Notes: generated from the letters alone by a model not told the origin. DNA of 63,196 nucleotides, filler included, from Octopus bimaculoides (GCF_001194135.2; 6 parts of 5 records of this genome joined end to end with filler, not necessarily neighbours in it), one strand, 5' to 3'; counted from the whole stretch's first letter, positions 13,620-28,854 are shown. Numbers and translations: made by a program.

Positions 13620-14998
13620 GTAAGTGAAGCTTCTTTATTATTAGTTGTTTTTCTTTCTTACATTGTGCGATAAGATAAAACTACCGGTTGAACACAGAGG
13701 ATCCATGAAATCGACTTATTCCTCTACCATCGAAATTGTGTTTTCGTTGGATCTCTCATAATTTTATTGAATAACTGGTCTAACATTTCATATGCACACG
13801 GGAGTGATGTGAGCCAGAAATTTGACACCCTATCATTACCACGAGATTTCCAATCATGCGCCTTCGTGAGTGCCATCCTGAGGTATGGTGATGTCTTCCC
13901 ATGCTTGTTCTAGTAAGATTTGGTAGGATTCTTCGGTGCGTGTAATCCAGTCTACATTTTCATTATAAGTCTTTTCATCATTCGAGATATTTTTTCAAGT
14001 CTCTTTCAACTACTTTCATTACACGGGTTGGTCTTCAACGGTTATTTTCTCCTTCTCTGTTTTCTGTGGAATGTTTTCACATTGGATGTGATTATCGATT
14101 CTTCTTAAGTAGCAATTCCTTACTGAGGTCGATCTAATCCACTGGACACCTCCAAAATTCCGGGCCTTGTGCCTAGAGTAGAAAAGAATATTCTGCTATT
14201 TTGTGTAAACATGAAATGAAAAAAGTCGTTTAAGTGAAAGCTCGTTAAAACCTATCGTGTTTAGCGTGCTAGAAATAGCAGCGATCACATAGTTATTATT
14301 GTAAGGCTTATAGCACTCCAAGTAGCCATACCAACAAAATCACCTCTTCATTTAAAAAAAAATTATATCGGTATATTAAAAAATTTTCGTTTTATCAAAG
14401 GTATTCATTTAAAAAAACTCCGAAAACTAATGATATCAAAGTTATACAGGCATTTTTTGTATCAAATTTATCCAGGCATTTTTTGTGTAATAGTATGTAT
14501 TCATTCAACGCAAAATAACTTAATAATTATACCGGTATATAAAGAAAAAATTCACTTTATCAATAATATTAATATTCATTTAACAAACTCCGGAAACTGA
14601 TAATATGCTTGAAATTGTGTCTCGTATCAAAGTTATATAGCTACTATTAAATTATCAGTAATGAAAACAGAGGCGAGCGAGAATGAGAGACTGTTGCAAA
14701 TGAAAGCGTAAAATGTTGCCTGCAATCAAATAATAGTTTTCTATAATTAAACATTAAAATCTACTCCGTAGTGAATGTAATGAATATTTAAATTCATGAA
14801 GAATTGAACGCACTTAATGCAATGCATAATTAAATTTGCAAGAATAAACTTCAGACATCGAAATTATAGGCAACTTCTTAGAACATGAATTTATGAAAAT
14901 ATTTCTAGGCGTTCAAGATTTTAATATTGCTTTCATTTAGAACTTGTAGTAATTGTTACATACCTAATTAATAAGCAGCTTTCTCCATTATAGTATAG

Positions 14999-15058
<60 letters not shown>

Positions 15059-15162
15059 CACTTTAGAATTATTGAGATGGATAGATTATCCTGTTCTGTT
15101 ATTAGCATTATCCTGCGTTTGAGAATAGAATTATTTCCTTATCCGTAGTATTATTATCATTA

Positions 15163-15268
<106 letters not shown>

Positions 15269-16218
15269 AATAAGGAAGAAGAGTTCCATAATTAAATTTG
15301 CCGAACGATATTTCGGAATCTCGTGTACCTTCAACGGGTTCAAAATTTGATATGTCAGCCTACTTCATTTTTTTAATAGATAATATAGGACTGCTATGAC
15401 TCCTCTGGAGTTAGTTTACTTGGAGTCAGAAGTTGACGATAACAGTTCTCTTATATTTTTATCCAGTCTGAAGGCTACAATATGTGGTTGCGGAAATATT
15501 TGTTTGAAACGAGGATATTTGTCAGCAACATGTTGGTAACTAACATGGAACACTTTTGAAATGCCAGCGAAATTTCGGTGCCAGTTAATCACTAAAGAAA
15601 TTCTATTACATATTTTACTTCGGTAAAATTAAGCGTGAAAGTTTGACTCATTGTAATCACGTTTGACATAATGGTGTAGAAAAGTATTTACATGATTCCG
15701 GTAATCCTCTTTATGAGTACAAATCCGTTTTATCCTAAACAACTGGAATATCAGATTTGAGCGAATTATATGATGTGGATGATCGGAACGCCGGTGGAGG
15801 TAAATATGGGATAACGCTAGTTCTTGCTAGTCGTAAATTTTATGTAGGACTTAAAGCCATAGTTTTTAGCATAACTATCCTGTGATCTTTCCCAGATAAA
15901 TTAGACGTCATCAATGAACCGTAACCAGGGTATTGGTTCAGATCATGTAGGGTCTCAATGTCTATCGTAACTGAACTGTGTCCCGAATTTCGTTTTGAAG
16001 ACATTGGCGAAATTAACTGCCTTGGTGGTAAAAGTTTTGTCCAAACTTCATTGTATTACTTTGTAACACAAGCCTTAATAACCTACAGAGAAAAATCAAA
16101 TGAAATACATTTGTACCTAGACTAAGAAAGATTATTATTATTGATGTTGTTGCTATTGTTATTATTGTTGTTGTAGTTGTTAGTATTATCATTATTGTTA
16201 TCATTATTATTATTTCAG

Positions 16219-16397
16219 GAACTGAATGGATCAAAACCTATGCCATATCAATGGGAGCAAATTCGTTAATCTATAATTCCATCCTCAATATAGGAAGTCC
16301 TTCAACTTGGAATGTGGACAAGTGCAATGGTATCTACTGTCCTAATTTCTTTCAACACCCAATACTTGATATCTGGAACCGTTTACCAATCGAGCAG
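16219..16397 (+). pseudogene. Exon 2
   Basis: TATTTCAG acceptor; TEWIKTYAISMGANSLIYNSILNIGSPSTWNVDKCNGIYCPNFFQHPILDIWNRLPIEQ; donor GTATAT. Confidence 0.8.
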
Positions 16398-17005
16398 GTA
16401 TATATAAACACAAACATACGATACATATATCCTTAGTGATTACAGCTGTAAATTTGCATATTGGGGTGTTTACATTAAATGTGATACGTAAATAGATATT
16501 TTAATCTTATACTGCTTCTATTGTGTATAACAGATCTTTATTCATCCGGGCGGCTCTTCGCAACACCAGTGATTGTTTGTTCATTGTTTTCCTATATAAC
16601 TGTGGCGACATATCTTCTCTAAGCAAGTAGTTGGTTGTGAGTATATAGTATTGACCAGATGCCCAACAGGGTAGAAATGCATGTAGCGGTTATACACGCC
16701 GCTGTTGGGAGAATTCTTTTCGTCTCCCTCTGATATATATTGTGTTTTTAAACCCAGCACGTTTGTTGATGATATTATCACTGGAGAAATATTGCAGTAA
16801 ATTTGCCCATGGCGATGTGTTCCTCATTAAATATCACACACACACGAACATACATATGCACACACACACAAGAACGCAGACATAGACACACAAACACACA
16901 CACACACAAACAAACACATATATACGTACTCACGCACGCGCACATACGTTCGCACATACACACAAATATATGCATATAAATATACATATATTTTGATATC
17001 TTCAG

Positions 17006-17169
17006 GTGAAACTTGTGATCTACAAAAAGCAAACAGCTGTTGTAACGATGGTGTTTGGTGGACGTAATACAACTCTTGAAAACTGGTTCTCTCTCAACAA
17101 CCTGAAAAGTTCTCCATGGAAGGATCTAGTACCAGAGAGTACCAGTTATTTCTCACTTGCTGGATTTGG
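17006..17169 (+). pseudogene. Exon 3
   Basis: ATCTTCAG acceptor; VKLVIYKKQTAVVTMVFGGRNTTLENWFSLNNLKSSPWKDLVPESTSYFSLAGFG; donor GTACGT. Confidence 0.85.
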
Positions 17170-18123
17170 GTACGTTCCGATTACCAGTTTTTGTTAAGTA
17201 TTACCCGTATATTCTAAGTTCGAATACCGCCTTGTTTTTCATTCCCCCGGGTTTAAAAACGTTGGACCAATGAAATACCGAATAGTTATGATTAGCTATA
17301 TGTTCTTCTTCCAAAATTCCTGACATTGTTCCTTCATTAGAAATCAATATTTTTATTATATATTCATCTTTGATGTATCTATCTTAAACTGTTTGGGTAT
17401 ATTTATGTTATATCTAGGAATTATTCAAAGGTAATAGGTGAACCAGCAGTTACTGTCTCTCCATATNNNNNNNNNNNNNNNNNNNNNNNNNNNNNNNNNN
17501 NNNNNNNNNNNNNNNNNNNNNNNNNNNNNNNNNNNNNNNNNNNNNNNNNNNNNNNNNNNNNNNNNNNNNNNNNNNNNNNNNNNNNNNNNNNNNNNNNNNN
17601 NNNNNNNNNNNNNNNNNNNNNNNNNNNNNNNNNNNNNNNNNNNNNNNNNNNNNNNNNNNNNNNNNNNNNNNNNNNNNNNNNNNNNNNNNNNNNNNNNNNN
17701 NNNNNNNNNNNNNNNNNNNNNNNNNNNNNNNNNNNNNNNNNNNNNNNNNNNNNNNNNNNNNNNNNNNNNNNNNNNNNNNNNNNNNNNNNNNNNNNNNNNN
17801 NNNNNNNNNNNNNNNNNNNNNNNNNNNNNNNNNNNNNNNNNNNNNNNNNNNNNNNNNNNNNNNNNNNNNNNNNNNNNNNNNNNNNNNNNNNNNNNNNNNN
17901 NNNNNNNNNNNNNNNNNNNNNNNNNNNNNNNNTTTTAAAACACAGCACTATTCTTAATTCCATGCATCCTAATCTTTGAATGATAGATACATTTAGTCGG
18001 GGAAATGATGGGGAGTTTATTTAAAATGTTGACGTATTCTTTACCGATTTAAAAGTAGAGTAACGTGGAATACGAACAACAACAATATCTGAAACTGGAC
18101 CGTCTTTTGTTTATTTCATTCAG

Positions 18124-18287
18124 CAACAGACGCCGTTTCTATGTGTCCGCCATGCATGGTGGCTGCAAGGATGACTTTGGCTGGCTGATCGTCAATGAAC
18201 GTAACTTTTATTGTGATTGGGAATAATCAAACTATTTCCCTACAATCCGCTACTCTAAAACGGATTCTAAAACCAAATGGAGCAAAG
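18124..18287 (+). pseudogene. Exon 4 (contains TAA)
   Basis: TTTCATTCAG acceptor; NRRRFYVSAMHGGCKDDFGWLIVNERNFYCDWE*SNYFPTIRYSKTDSKTKWSK; donor GTAAGT at 18288. Confidence 0.85.
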
Positions 18288-18745
18288 GTAAGTATTTTGC
18301 ATGAATGTTTATAACCTTGTATATAACCTTAGTCAGACTAACGTTATCAAAAACATATTTAGCCACAGAAAACTTTCATGATTTTCCATAAATCAAGGAA
18401 TCCATAATTCTATTTTAACAGCAATCTTTACAACCCCACTTTAATTAACATTTACCTTTCCAAATCACTTTCATAATTTTATCCATTTTATCCATTCTTG
18501 TTCTCAGACTTTAAGTTAGCCCCTGTTTCCTTTCATAAGTCCTTACTCTGGTACTTCAAACAAATTGGATGCATACATCCTACAGGATGCATGGAGGCCA
18601 GCGAAATGTGCTCCGTAGTTCACATGTCATACACAGGACAAGTAAAGGATTAAATGAAACAAATTATTCGTAACACCCCACCCCCGCAATAGATAGTTGA
18701 TAACATAATTATTTTCAAAATACTGAAGAGAATTTGTATAACTTT

Positions 18746-18806
<61 letters not shown>

Positions 18807-18836
18807 TATTGATTTTGCTATTCTTGATACTTCCAG

Positions 18837-18889
18837 GATATGGAAAAGCTGATTCCATGGCCATATTCATCCAGCTGAGAGAAAATTAA
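18837..18889 (+). pseudogene. Exon 5 (terminal coding part)
   Basis: ACTTCCAG acceptor; GYGKADSMAIFIQLREN*. Confidence 0.8.
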
Positions 18890-18927
18890 CCAATCACAGG
18901 ATATCTACAGCAAATATTGTTGTTGTT

Positions 18928-18961
<34 letters not shown>

Positions 18962-19027
18962 TCGTTATTGAGCGCCATGCATGCGAGATGGCAACCACCA
19001 TTAAGTATTTGTCAGTTACTTTCAATG

Positions 19028-19033
19028 AATAAA
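19028..19033 (+). terminator. Candidate polyadenylation signal of the PAN-like gene
   Basis: AATAAA about 140 nt after the terminal stop. Confidence 0.4.
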
Positions 19034-19433
19034 ACTCCCACGGTAACCATTAAATTCTAAATCGTTTCCTTGTCATTCAATCTCTCAATTTATCTTTCCG
19101 AGCTGCTGGATTCCACACGTCTACACAGCGCCACGGCAATCGGAATTGTTTTTTCTTTCGGAGCTGAGGCGCCGCCCATCCAAATGGACGCCACCTCCAA
19201 GCCACTCCTTATATTGAACTCTAATATTTCCCCCTACTTCTCCATCTCACATCGTCCCAGAAACAGCTGTGAGACTAACTTTCTCTTTATAAATGTCCTG
19301 AAAATTCCACACAAACAAGTCTCATTTTATTCAACATATACATGCTCATACAAGACCTGCATTAGACTCTTCACTCGTAACATTATCGAACCTGGATACC
19401 AATACCTCTCAAATATTCATATATGTGTGTATG

Positions 19434-19474
<41 letters not shown>

Positions 19475-19479
19475 TCTTA

Positions 19480-19670
19480 ATTTCAGTCATCTGACTGCGG
19501 CCATACTGGAGCACAGCCTTTAGTCAAACAAATCTCAACTCCAGGACTTACTCTTTTGTAAGCTGCTACTTATTCTATCAGTTTCTTTTGCCGAACCGTT
19601 AAGTTACGGAGATGTAAACAAACTAACATCGGTTGTCAAGCGATGGTGGTGGACAAATTGAGACACACAA
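19480..19670 (-). mobile_element. SINE family B 3' tail fragment
   Basis: TTTCAGTCATCTGACTGCGGCCATACTGGAGCAC...CGGTTGTCAAGCGATGGT matches the reverse complement of the B tail. Confidence 0.75.
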
Positions 19671-20489
19671 ATGCATACATATATACACACACACGCACAC
19701 ACACACACACACACAGACACACACACACAGAGGGATAGATAAATAAAAAGAAAATATAAATAAATATGTAAATACATACATACATAAACAAATAAATATA
19801 TTTATCACATACCAATGTTAATTATAAGAAATAGAGATAGATAAAATAAATAAATAAGGAAATAAATAAATCTATATAAAGGGCATGGGTACAAACAACA
19901 TACGAACGAACCCATACACACACACAAACACACATACAACAAATTTCACGGATGGCCACAATATCAGCAACACGAATAACAAGGACAGCAGCGGCGGCGG
20001 TGACAACGAGGGTAATAACAACAACTACCACGATGGCGACAACTTGGGCGAACACTCAAACACAGAGAGATACAGGAACTGTACCAAATTTTCGGGTCTT
20101 AGGACTGCAGCAGCACAATGGTGTGAGAGGATGTGGCTGAGGAGAATGCCATACTGCTGCTAAGAACAATGGCACAAACACACACACACAAGCATACACA
20201 CACATACGCATGCACACACATGCACACACACACACACACGCGCGCGCAGAAGGGAGTAATCGGCGCAAGAGCAGACACGAAAACGAGAATGTCGCTGAAG
20301 AGGCCCCAGAAGTGTAACGAAAGATTTCCGGACAATGGTCATAAGTTAGAATAATAAAAAAGAGGAACAGTAATAAACGAGTTAAAAACAGATATACAGT
20401 GCGAGTGTTTATTTGTCAACAAAAAAAAATTCATCTCGGAAAACAACAATGTATATAACATTGTCTCTCTAAATCTATGGTAGAATTCT

Positions 20490-20987
<498 letters not shown>

Positions 20988-22055
20988 TGAACCTTTTTTT
21001 TTGGTGGGGAACATTATGTATCTTATATGCCATAAAATATCATACTTGCAGCACGTTACCGTTTAAAGTTCACCTTTATAGTTTATGAAATACTTCCCTG
21101 TTAATTCGCTAGTTGAGGCTAAGTATCTTTACTCACTGTAAAGGGTGTGTCCAGCTTTCCTAGCTACATCCTTTTATACGAGTAACAGTATTGCATAAAT
21201 TGACTGTTCATATTACGAATTTTGTGAAATTTCTACTCTCATACATCCCACCAAATACACAAGGAAGGTGATCAGCCTGACGGATATATATGTGTTACTC
21301 TCAAAAATACTCTTTTCCTTAACTCGATGAGGAAATGCGATTTAAACAAATCCACGTTGCAGATTCTAGATATTCCAATCGAATAATTCTGTCAGATAGT
21401 AATGCCTGGGAACATATTCCGAAACTCTAATTCTAGTCGATCCCGCCATATACCTAAGATACTATTGCAGCCACTCTCTAATTATAATGAGTGAGATATA
21501 GTCAGAAAGATCTCACGTTGCTTGAAGATGTGTGACTGGCTTCCCTTACTTCCTGTAGAGAAGAGGCCAGCTTCAGAGCACATGCACACACACACACAAA
21601 CACACACACAAAGTTTCTTTCCTTGTTTTTCTTGATGTCTAATTTATATATCTGTTTATTGAACTATTATGGATAAACTATTTGAAAAATATGGATTGTC
21701 CACGTGACACTGGATTAGCTTTAAAGATAATCCTCGTAATATTGGTATGGTTTGAAAATTTGATCTAGAACATTCCAGATAAAGATGGAATTATCACCAG
21801 CTGTATAAAGCCACAGCTCTTCAACCCGTATCTAGTTTGATAGGCACCAACGCACAAAACTCTCGGGCCTTGAGTAATACTGTTTCTTCAGTAAACATTT
21901 ATAAAGAAATACTCGTTCATATTTTGAATTTTAGAATTCCTGTTACCGTCAGTTGTACCTATATACACTTCTATATCGTTGTAATTGAGAACCTGCGTTA
22001 AAGCAGCTTTATATTTTAACTGAAGTTGAAGAGTCATGAATCATTATGTGTGTGT

Positions 22056-22155
22056 NNNNNNNNNNNNNNNNNNNNNNNNNNNNNNNNNNNNNNNNNNNNT
22101 TAATTAATTAANNNNNNNNNNNNNNNNNNNNNNNNNNNNNNNNNNNNNNNNNNNN
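22056..22155. other. Artificial scaffold join (44 N + TTAATTAATTAA + 44 N)
   Basis: Exact 100-bp block repeated five times; the 12-mer has stops in all six frames. Confidence 0.95.
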
Positions 22156-23197
22156 TATCATCATCATCATCATTATCATCATCATCATCATTATCATCAT
22201 CATCATCATTATCATCATCATCATCATCATCATCATCATAATTATCATCATCATCATCATTATCATCATCATCATCATTATCATCATCATCATCATTATC
22301 ATCATCATCATTATCATCATCATCATCATTATCATCATCATCATCATTATCATTGTGGTCGTCATCGTCGTCTTCGTCTTTGGTGGTCGTGATCGTTATC
22401 ATCACCATCATCTCCATCCTCATCACCGTCATCACAATTAATGTAAGGTTTGGAAAACAAATTATTTGGAAAGCAAATACATTAATCTAGTAAAACACAA
22501 GAATGACCGCGTGTAGGTTACTAGCTATGTTTTTTGAAAGGCACACTCACGCCCACAGGCTCACACACATACACAGCAACAAGTAAAAATGCACACACAC
22601 GTGGACGCATACAGACATGTACACAACATACACCACCTAAACTCAACAAAAAACCCAACGCAGACACACTCTGACAATCGAACATGCACAAAGTCATGAA
22701 ATATGACTGACTCTAAAATTATGAGGCTGATGATGATAAACTCGTATAACACATTTGAATATGTAAACGTATAAATATATCTAACGTATACAAATATTGG
22801 CTTATAAAGCCTTCAAAATGTATTATTAACCTAATGTTCTATGTTTTCTCTGTTTCTCGAATCTCGATTTATATATATATGTTAAGATAATCTATCAATG
22901 ACTGTGGAGAAGAACGTCTTGGGTTCATTTGCAAATAGGGTGACAGACACATCATTCACTGTCGTAAATAGTTTCATTGTAACTAGGCCAGCGTAATTAA
23001 TAGCTTAGTTTGTCAGCTCGTTTCATCATGAACGTACGGTCGCTTTGGCATTGCTCTATTCATAGTTAATTAATAGGCTATAGCAGCTTTAGTATGACAT
23101 TATGATACTCGGATTATTTTGTACAAACATACTTATGATTACATCTTATATTTAGCTCGCTCCTAGGATATAATAACAAAATTAATAAGGATATAGC

Positions 23198-23259
<62 letters not shown>

Positions 23260-23587
23260 TTCCAACAAGTATGGACTTGAGAGAACAAAAAAGTTGTACG
23301 AACATAAATCTGAAGGCATCATCGAAAATGATAGTGCAAAGATCCTATAGGATTTTATGATTCAATGTGACCATGAGATAGAGAATAGGAAGCCAGACAT
23401 AGTCTTAATTGAGAGAGAAAACAAACTATGCTGGATCATAGATATAGCATGCCCCGCTGACAACAAGGTATGTGATAAGGAAAAAAGAAAGTCGACAAAT
23501 GTGACAGGTTATCTTGGGAAGTTAAGCAGTTGTGGTCAATGAAAAAGGTGGTAGTAGTACCAATAATTGTCGGAGTCCTGGGAATAG
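23260..23587 (+). mobile_element. R4/Dong-type non-LTR retrotransposon, 3' fragment (restriction-like endonuclease) next to (TAA)n
   Basis: YEHKSEGIIENDSAKIL*DFMIQCDHEIENRKPDIVLIERENKLCWIIDIACPAD...WSMKKVVVVPIIVGVLG; (TAA)n at 23198-23259 is directly upstream. Confidence 0.85.
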
Positions 23588-24344
23588 AGGAGGAGGAGGA
23601 GGAGGTGGATGGGCAGCAGCAGCAGTGCCGGCAGTAACAGTATCAGCAGTAGCAGTACCAGCAGTAGCAGTAGAGAGAAAATGGCAATAGGCAAAGTTTG
23701 GTAATGTAATCAAACTACAGCTCTGTGTGACTGGAGGACATTTTTTTGCCGAACACAGGCCTTAATTTCATAGTATCTCAGTTTACATGATATCTTTTTT
23801 CTGTAAAGATAACAGACTATTTGCAAAAGCTATGATTTACTAAGGTGCGTATCAATCACATGGACCGACACTGAATTAGGATAGCGTTATCTCGGATCAT
23901 TACTGTGGATTACTCATGCTGACTGCTTTCATACAACTTACGCACAGTTACGCTTAAAAGGTAGATGGTTAAAACTAATACCTAGAAAGATTCTTCAACC
24001 TATGTCGTACTTTTACGAAAATGAAACTCAAGAAGAGGAAGTAGCAACGCTGTAACAAGAATGGCGATGACGTAACGGTATATACAGAATGGAAATAAAT
24101 TGAAATGTCAAATAATCTCAAAATAAAATAAAATGGACGATTAACGAAATATATATAACGAAACGAGACATTAATGTATTTTAGAGATTACTTAAAATTA
24201 TTCCATAGATGTGTGCGAATAAGTGTGTGTGTGTGTGCGTACGTTGCTTTATGGCCAACGAATAGAAGAGGAGTTTGGAATGCTTGTTGTAGCGGATGTG
24301 GTTTTCTATCCTGTTCTACTCTTGGCACAAAGTCGAAATTTTTG

Positions 24345-24724
24345 GGGAGCGGAGCAGTCGATTAGATCGAATCCAGTACGCAACTGGTACATAATTTATC
24401 GACCCCGAAACGATGAAAGGCGGAATTTGAACTCAGGACGTAGGGGCAGACGAAATACCGCTAAGCATTTCGCCCGGCGTGCTAGCGTTTCTTATTTATT
24501 TATTGCCCACAAGGGACTTAACATAGATGTGACAAACAAGGACAGACAAACGGGTGAAGTCGATTACATTGACCCCAGTGCGTAACTGGTCCTTTATTTA
24601 TCGACCCCGAAAGGATCAATGGCAAAGTCGACCGCGACGGAATTTGAACTCAGAACGTAACGGCAGACGACAAACCGCATAGCATTTCGCCCGGCGTGCT
24701 AACGTTTCTGCCAGCTCGCCGCCT
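24345..24724 (-). mobile_element. Two adjacent family A SINE copies (one deleted, one full length)
   Basis: Full copy at about 24490-24724; the preceding copy lacks AAAGTCGACCTCGGC between GGC microhomologies. Confidence 0.85.
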
Positions 24725-24830
24725 TGGATGTGGTTTATATATTGAAAGTGAAACTCAGAGTTTGTGTCTCGGTGGTGAATTTCATACCAATGCGATCTCC
24801 ACCCTCTCTGTCTCTCTCTGTCTCTTTCTC

Positions 24831-24862
<32 letters not shown>

Positions 24863-25928
24863 GCTCTCTCTATCTATCTGCCTGTCTGTCTGTCTAGCTG
24901 TCTGTCAGTCCATCTATTTATCTATCTATCTAGCTAACTATCTATTTATTTATTTGTCCGTTTCTCTGTCCACCTATCTGTCTTGTCTATCGATCTATCT
25001 AAATCACAAGAACAACAAAGGCTGTGTTGACATCAGAAATAGTACAAGCAGCTTGTCAGTTCCATATTAAGGTCAACTAAATTCCTAAGCCCAGCTGAAG
25101 AATCTACTCCCACGACTTTCCCATAGTTTTGCTAATAGACATTCACAGATAAAACATTTTAATGAGAAATAGTAGTTGAGGTCTTTCGATTTCCTATCTG
25201 ATCTTTCTCCCAGACCAACCAAAACTATTATATTAAATATAATTTGTTTTTATTAATATTTAACTGATATTAATATAGTACCTAGGTTTGTGAGCGAATT
25301 ATTTACATGGAACAGGGAAATATGCAAATTTTCAACACATTTCGTTTAAAAATTATTTTTTATTGTTACGTTATTTTTGATTGGAAACCATTATGATCAC
25401 AGACTTCTTGTTCGTCTTCAAAATTATTTTGATATGATTGTATATTAAAAAGTAATCTTTAAAATAATATTTTCTTGTTAATTCCATATCTCGTGTGGTC
25501 AATTGTGATCAATGTGAGATATTAATCAATATAACAGGTTTTGAATACTGAATGGTTCAAATGATATTGAGGTGGGTTCTATAACATTAGATATAAGATG
25601 GGAACCAGCGGAAGCAGCTCCACCAAAGAGCTTCTGAAATGACATGTTCCTTTCGCAAGCATGTTTTCCGTGTTTCGAGTCCGCTGCCAGTCGTCTTGGG
25701 AAAGTAACATTTTGTTAGCCTCGAGATCTCGTGGGTGGAATTTGGGTAAATGCAAATTGTCTGAAAGACTGTTAAATTACTACGTTGTTCCGCGCTGGTT
25801 CCGCATAAGAACGGGAGTAGATTATTCAGCCACGTCTATGCTAATACAATGAAACCGACATTGCAGTTGCTCGAACTACTCAGCACTCTTCTTTCTTCAG
25901 AAATTGTAACTGCGATCCATTTTAATTT

Positions 25929-25976
<48 letters not shown>

Positions 25977-26261
25977 CACAAGACACGTGTGTGTGTGTGT
26001 GTGTGTATGAATGTATGCATGTGTGTACAGCCTTTATACATTTATGTATACGATGTATAGTAATTTACACTTACATACATATATTCACTTATATGCTTCT
26101 ACGCCATGTATAGCGGTTGTTCCATTAGAAAGGTAGCATTTAAATATTTCAAGTAATGGACATAGAGTACACCCCACCCTCACAACCATTTCGGCACAAC
26201 ACGCGAAAGTCCACACGAACATAAAACAAACATACACTAAGCATGTATGTGTATGTGTCTG

Positions 26262-26312
<51 letters not shown>

Positions 26313-28064
26313 TTGAAATTTACAGAAAAACAAAAGACGGAGATAAACAACATATATATATATACATATATAAACAGATTTAGGTCTGTGTGTGTATTGT
26401 GAATGTATAAATACAAACAGGTATAAGTATATAAGTGTGTTTCTGTATGTGAGTGTGAATATATATGCATATCTTGCATATGTAAGCTTTTGCAAGTACA
26501 CACATACAAATTCTTGTTTCTATTCCATTTATCAACTTATAGAAATTTTTATGAAGAACTCGCTAAAGAAAAACAAAACAGCAACATTTGGTATCCAAGC
26601 CACCAATTTGTCGTTGCTTTTAGCCTTTTGGCAGAGATACTTAGGAAGAACTCTGCTAGTTGCATGATTGTAACATAATTTCCGTTCTGCTGTTCTTCAA
26701 CAAAAATTTTGACAGGCGAACACAGCGCTAAACGAGACGGTGAATTTAAAATTTCGCTCATGTGACATCTACAGCTTTCAACGAACAATGTATGATATTT
26801 GCTGGTGTTTTTGCTCAATTAATATAATACTAAAGAAAACCGGCGTTTGCTGCTTTCAACTGTAAACATTCGACAGGGTGTATGAAACTATTTACTTTCG
26901 TAGTTTTCTATACGGTTTTCAAATTCGCTTCAAGCTGTACAGAATACAATAAACTTAACGTAAATAAGGAAAACTACACAAGAGCGTATGTCTGAGAGCC
27001 TATGAAAAGATGGCAGTGGTTTTAGCATTGGTGCTTTGGTTGTGAAAGAAATAAGAGCGGGAGAAGAAGAGGTGAAGGAATTTTTACATCATTTAGTCTT
27101 AGTGAGACATTGTAGGCATGCCGGTTAGCTTTAGTGAGAGTATTCAGAAATTGGCTATGCAGCTTCTTCGTGGATACGCGATGGGACTGTAAAAGATGTG
27201 ATTGTTTACCATCTTTATCTCAGAGTACTCCCTCATTTCTTAAAAGATGCCAAATACACTGGAATATATATTAAATGATAAAGTATATATGGGTAAAAGA
27301 CGGGGATTATGTTCGAATTTCTCAGAGGAAATAATATTTTTCTCACGATTTGTTCGTGTTTTTGCCGTCTTCTCTACCATTCTTAGATTTTCAAGACGAA
27401 TCCTAAATATAACCCACAAGGGTAGATTTTTGTCAGTTTGGTGTCTAAGACAGGGATATTCTGGCATCTGTTGTGTTCTGTCCTTAATTGGCTCTCGCTC
27501 GTTCCACTCCAACAAGAGAGAATGTATGCATCTATATATACGAGCAGGAAGGAATTTCAACCATGTTTCGTGGTCTGCTACCACAACAGCTCCTTTATAG
27601 GATCCAGTTAGCTGAAGACATCATCAGGAGGAACCACGTTCGGTTTCGGCCCCTACTCCTCTACCGTTTTGACGTGGCGGGGCCACCCCCTTTCGGAGGT
27701 GTCTTCAGCTCTGGTGTTGGGTACATGTCTTCTTTCACTGTTTGTGACTGTTCTAATTCAACTATGGAATATATATATATATATGTCTGAAATTACACAA
27801 ATGACGAAGGAACAGGAAATTATGCAATGCATTTCATTAGCTTACAGCTGCTACTGCTGCAAATGAAGTGTACCCAGAGTGTAGCACACTACATCTTCTA
27901 TCAGAAACAGCTGTAAAAATATTAATTTCATTGCACAATTCCCGGCCCCTTTGTCATTTATTTAATTTCACATCACGCTCTCTCTACACATCGCTTTATT
28001 CCGAATAATACGTATATTTAGTTCTAACACCAGGATATTAGTATCGCTATGCATAAGCAGAACA

Positions 28065-28108
<44 letters not shown>

Positions 28109-28854
28109 TAAGATCTGGTAATTAGTCATATATTAATATATTAATTAATATCGATTAATTATCAGGGGGCCAGCACATTTAAAGAATCAANNNNNNNNNN
28201 NNNNNNNNNNNNNNNNNNNNNNNNNNNNNNNNNNNNNNNNNNNNNNNNNNNNNNNNNNNNNNNNNNNNNNNNNNNNNNNNNNNNNNNNNNNNNNNNNNNN
28301 NNNNNNNNNNNNNNNNNNNNNNNNNNNNNNNNNNNNNNNNNNNNNNNNNNNNNNNNNNNNNNNNNNNNNNNNNNNNNNNNNNNNNNNNNNNNNNNNNNNN
28401 NNNNNNNNNNNNNNNNNNNNNNNNNNNNNNNNNNNNNNNNNNNNNNNNNNNNNNNNNNNNNNNNNNNNNNNNNNNNNNNNNNNNNNNNNNNNNNNNNNNN
28501 NNNNNNNNNNNNNNNNNNNTATATTGTGTTTGAACCTGCCAAGACATATTAATAGTAAATATGCTAATATTCTTTCCACATCTTACTGTAATTGTCGCAA
28601 ATAACGAATTTTTATTCGTTGGCGAGCACAAGTACCGATCAGCAACCAGTTTGATCGCTAAAATTATAAACAAATGGTAGTGCCTTGGTATAGGCTCAAA
28701 GCTCTGATGAGACACATGATGAATCATTGAGGGCTCAGAGAATTCTCTGCACTCTCTTACGACGCACACCGCGGCGATAAGTATATTTTGCGTGAGACTT
28801 GCTTAGAGGTATTAGTAACATTAAAAATACATATACTAATATTCCCTCTAGATC

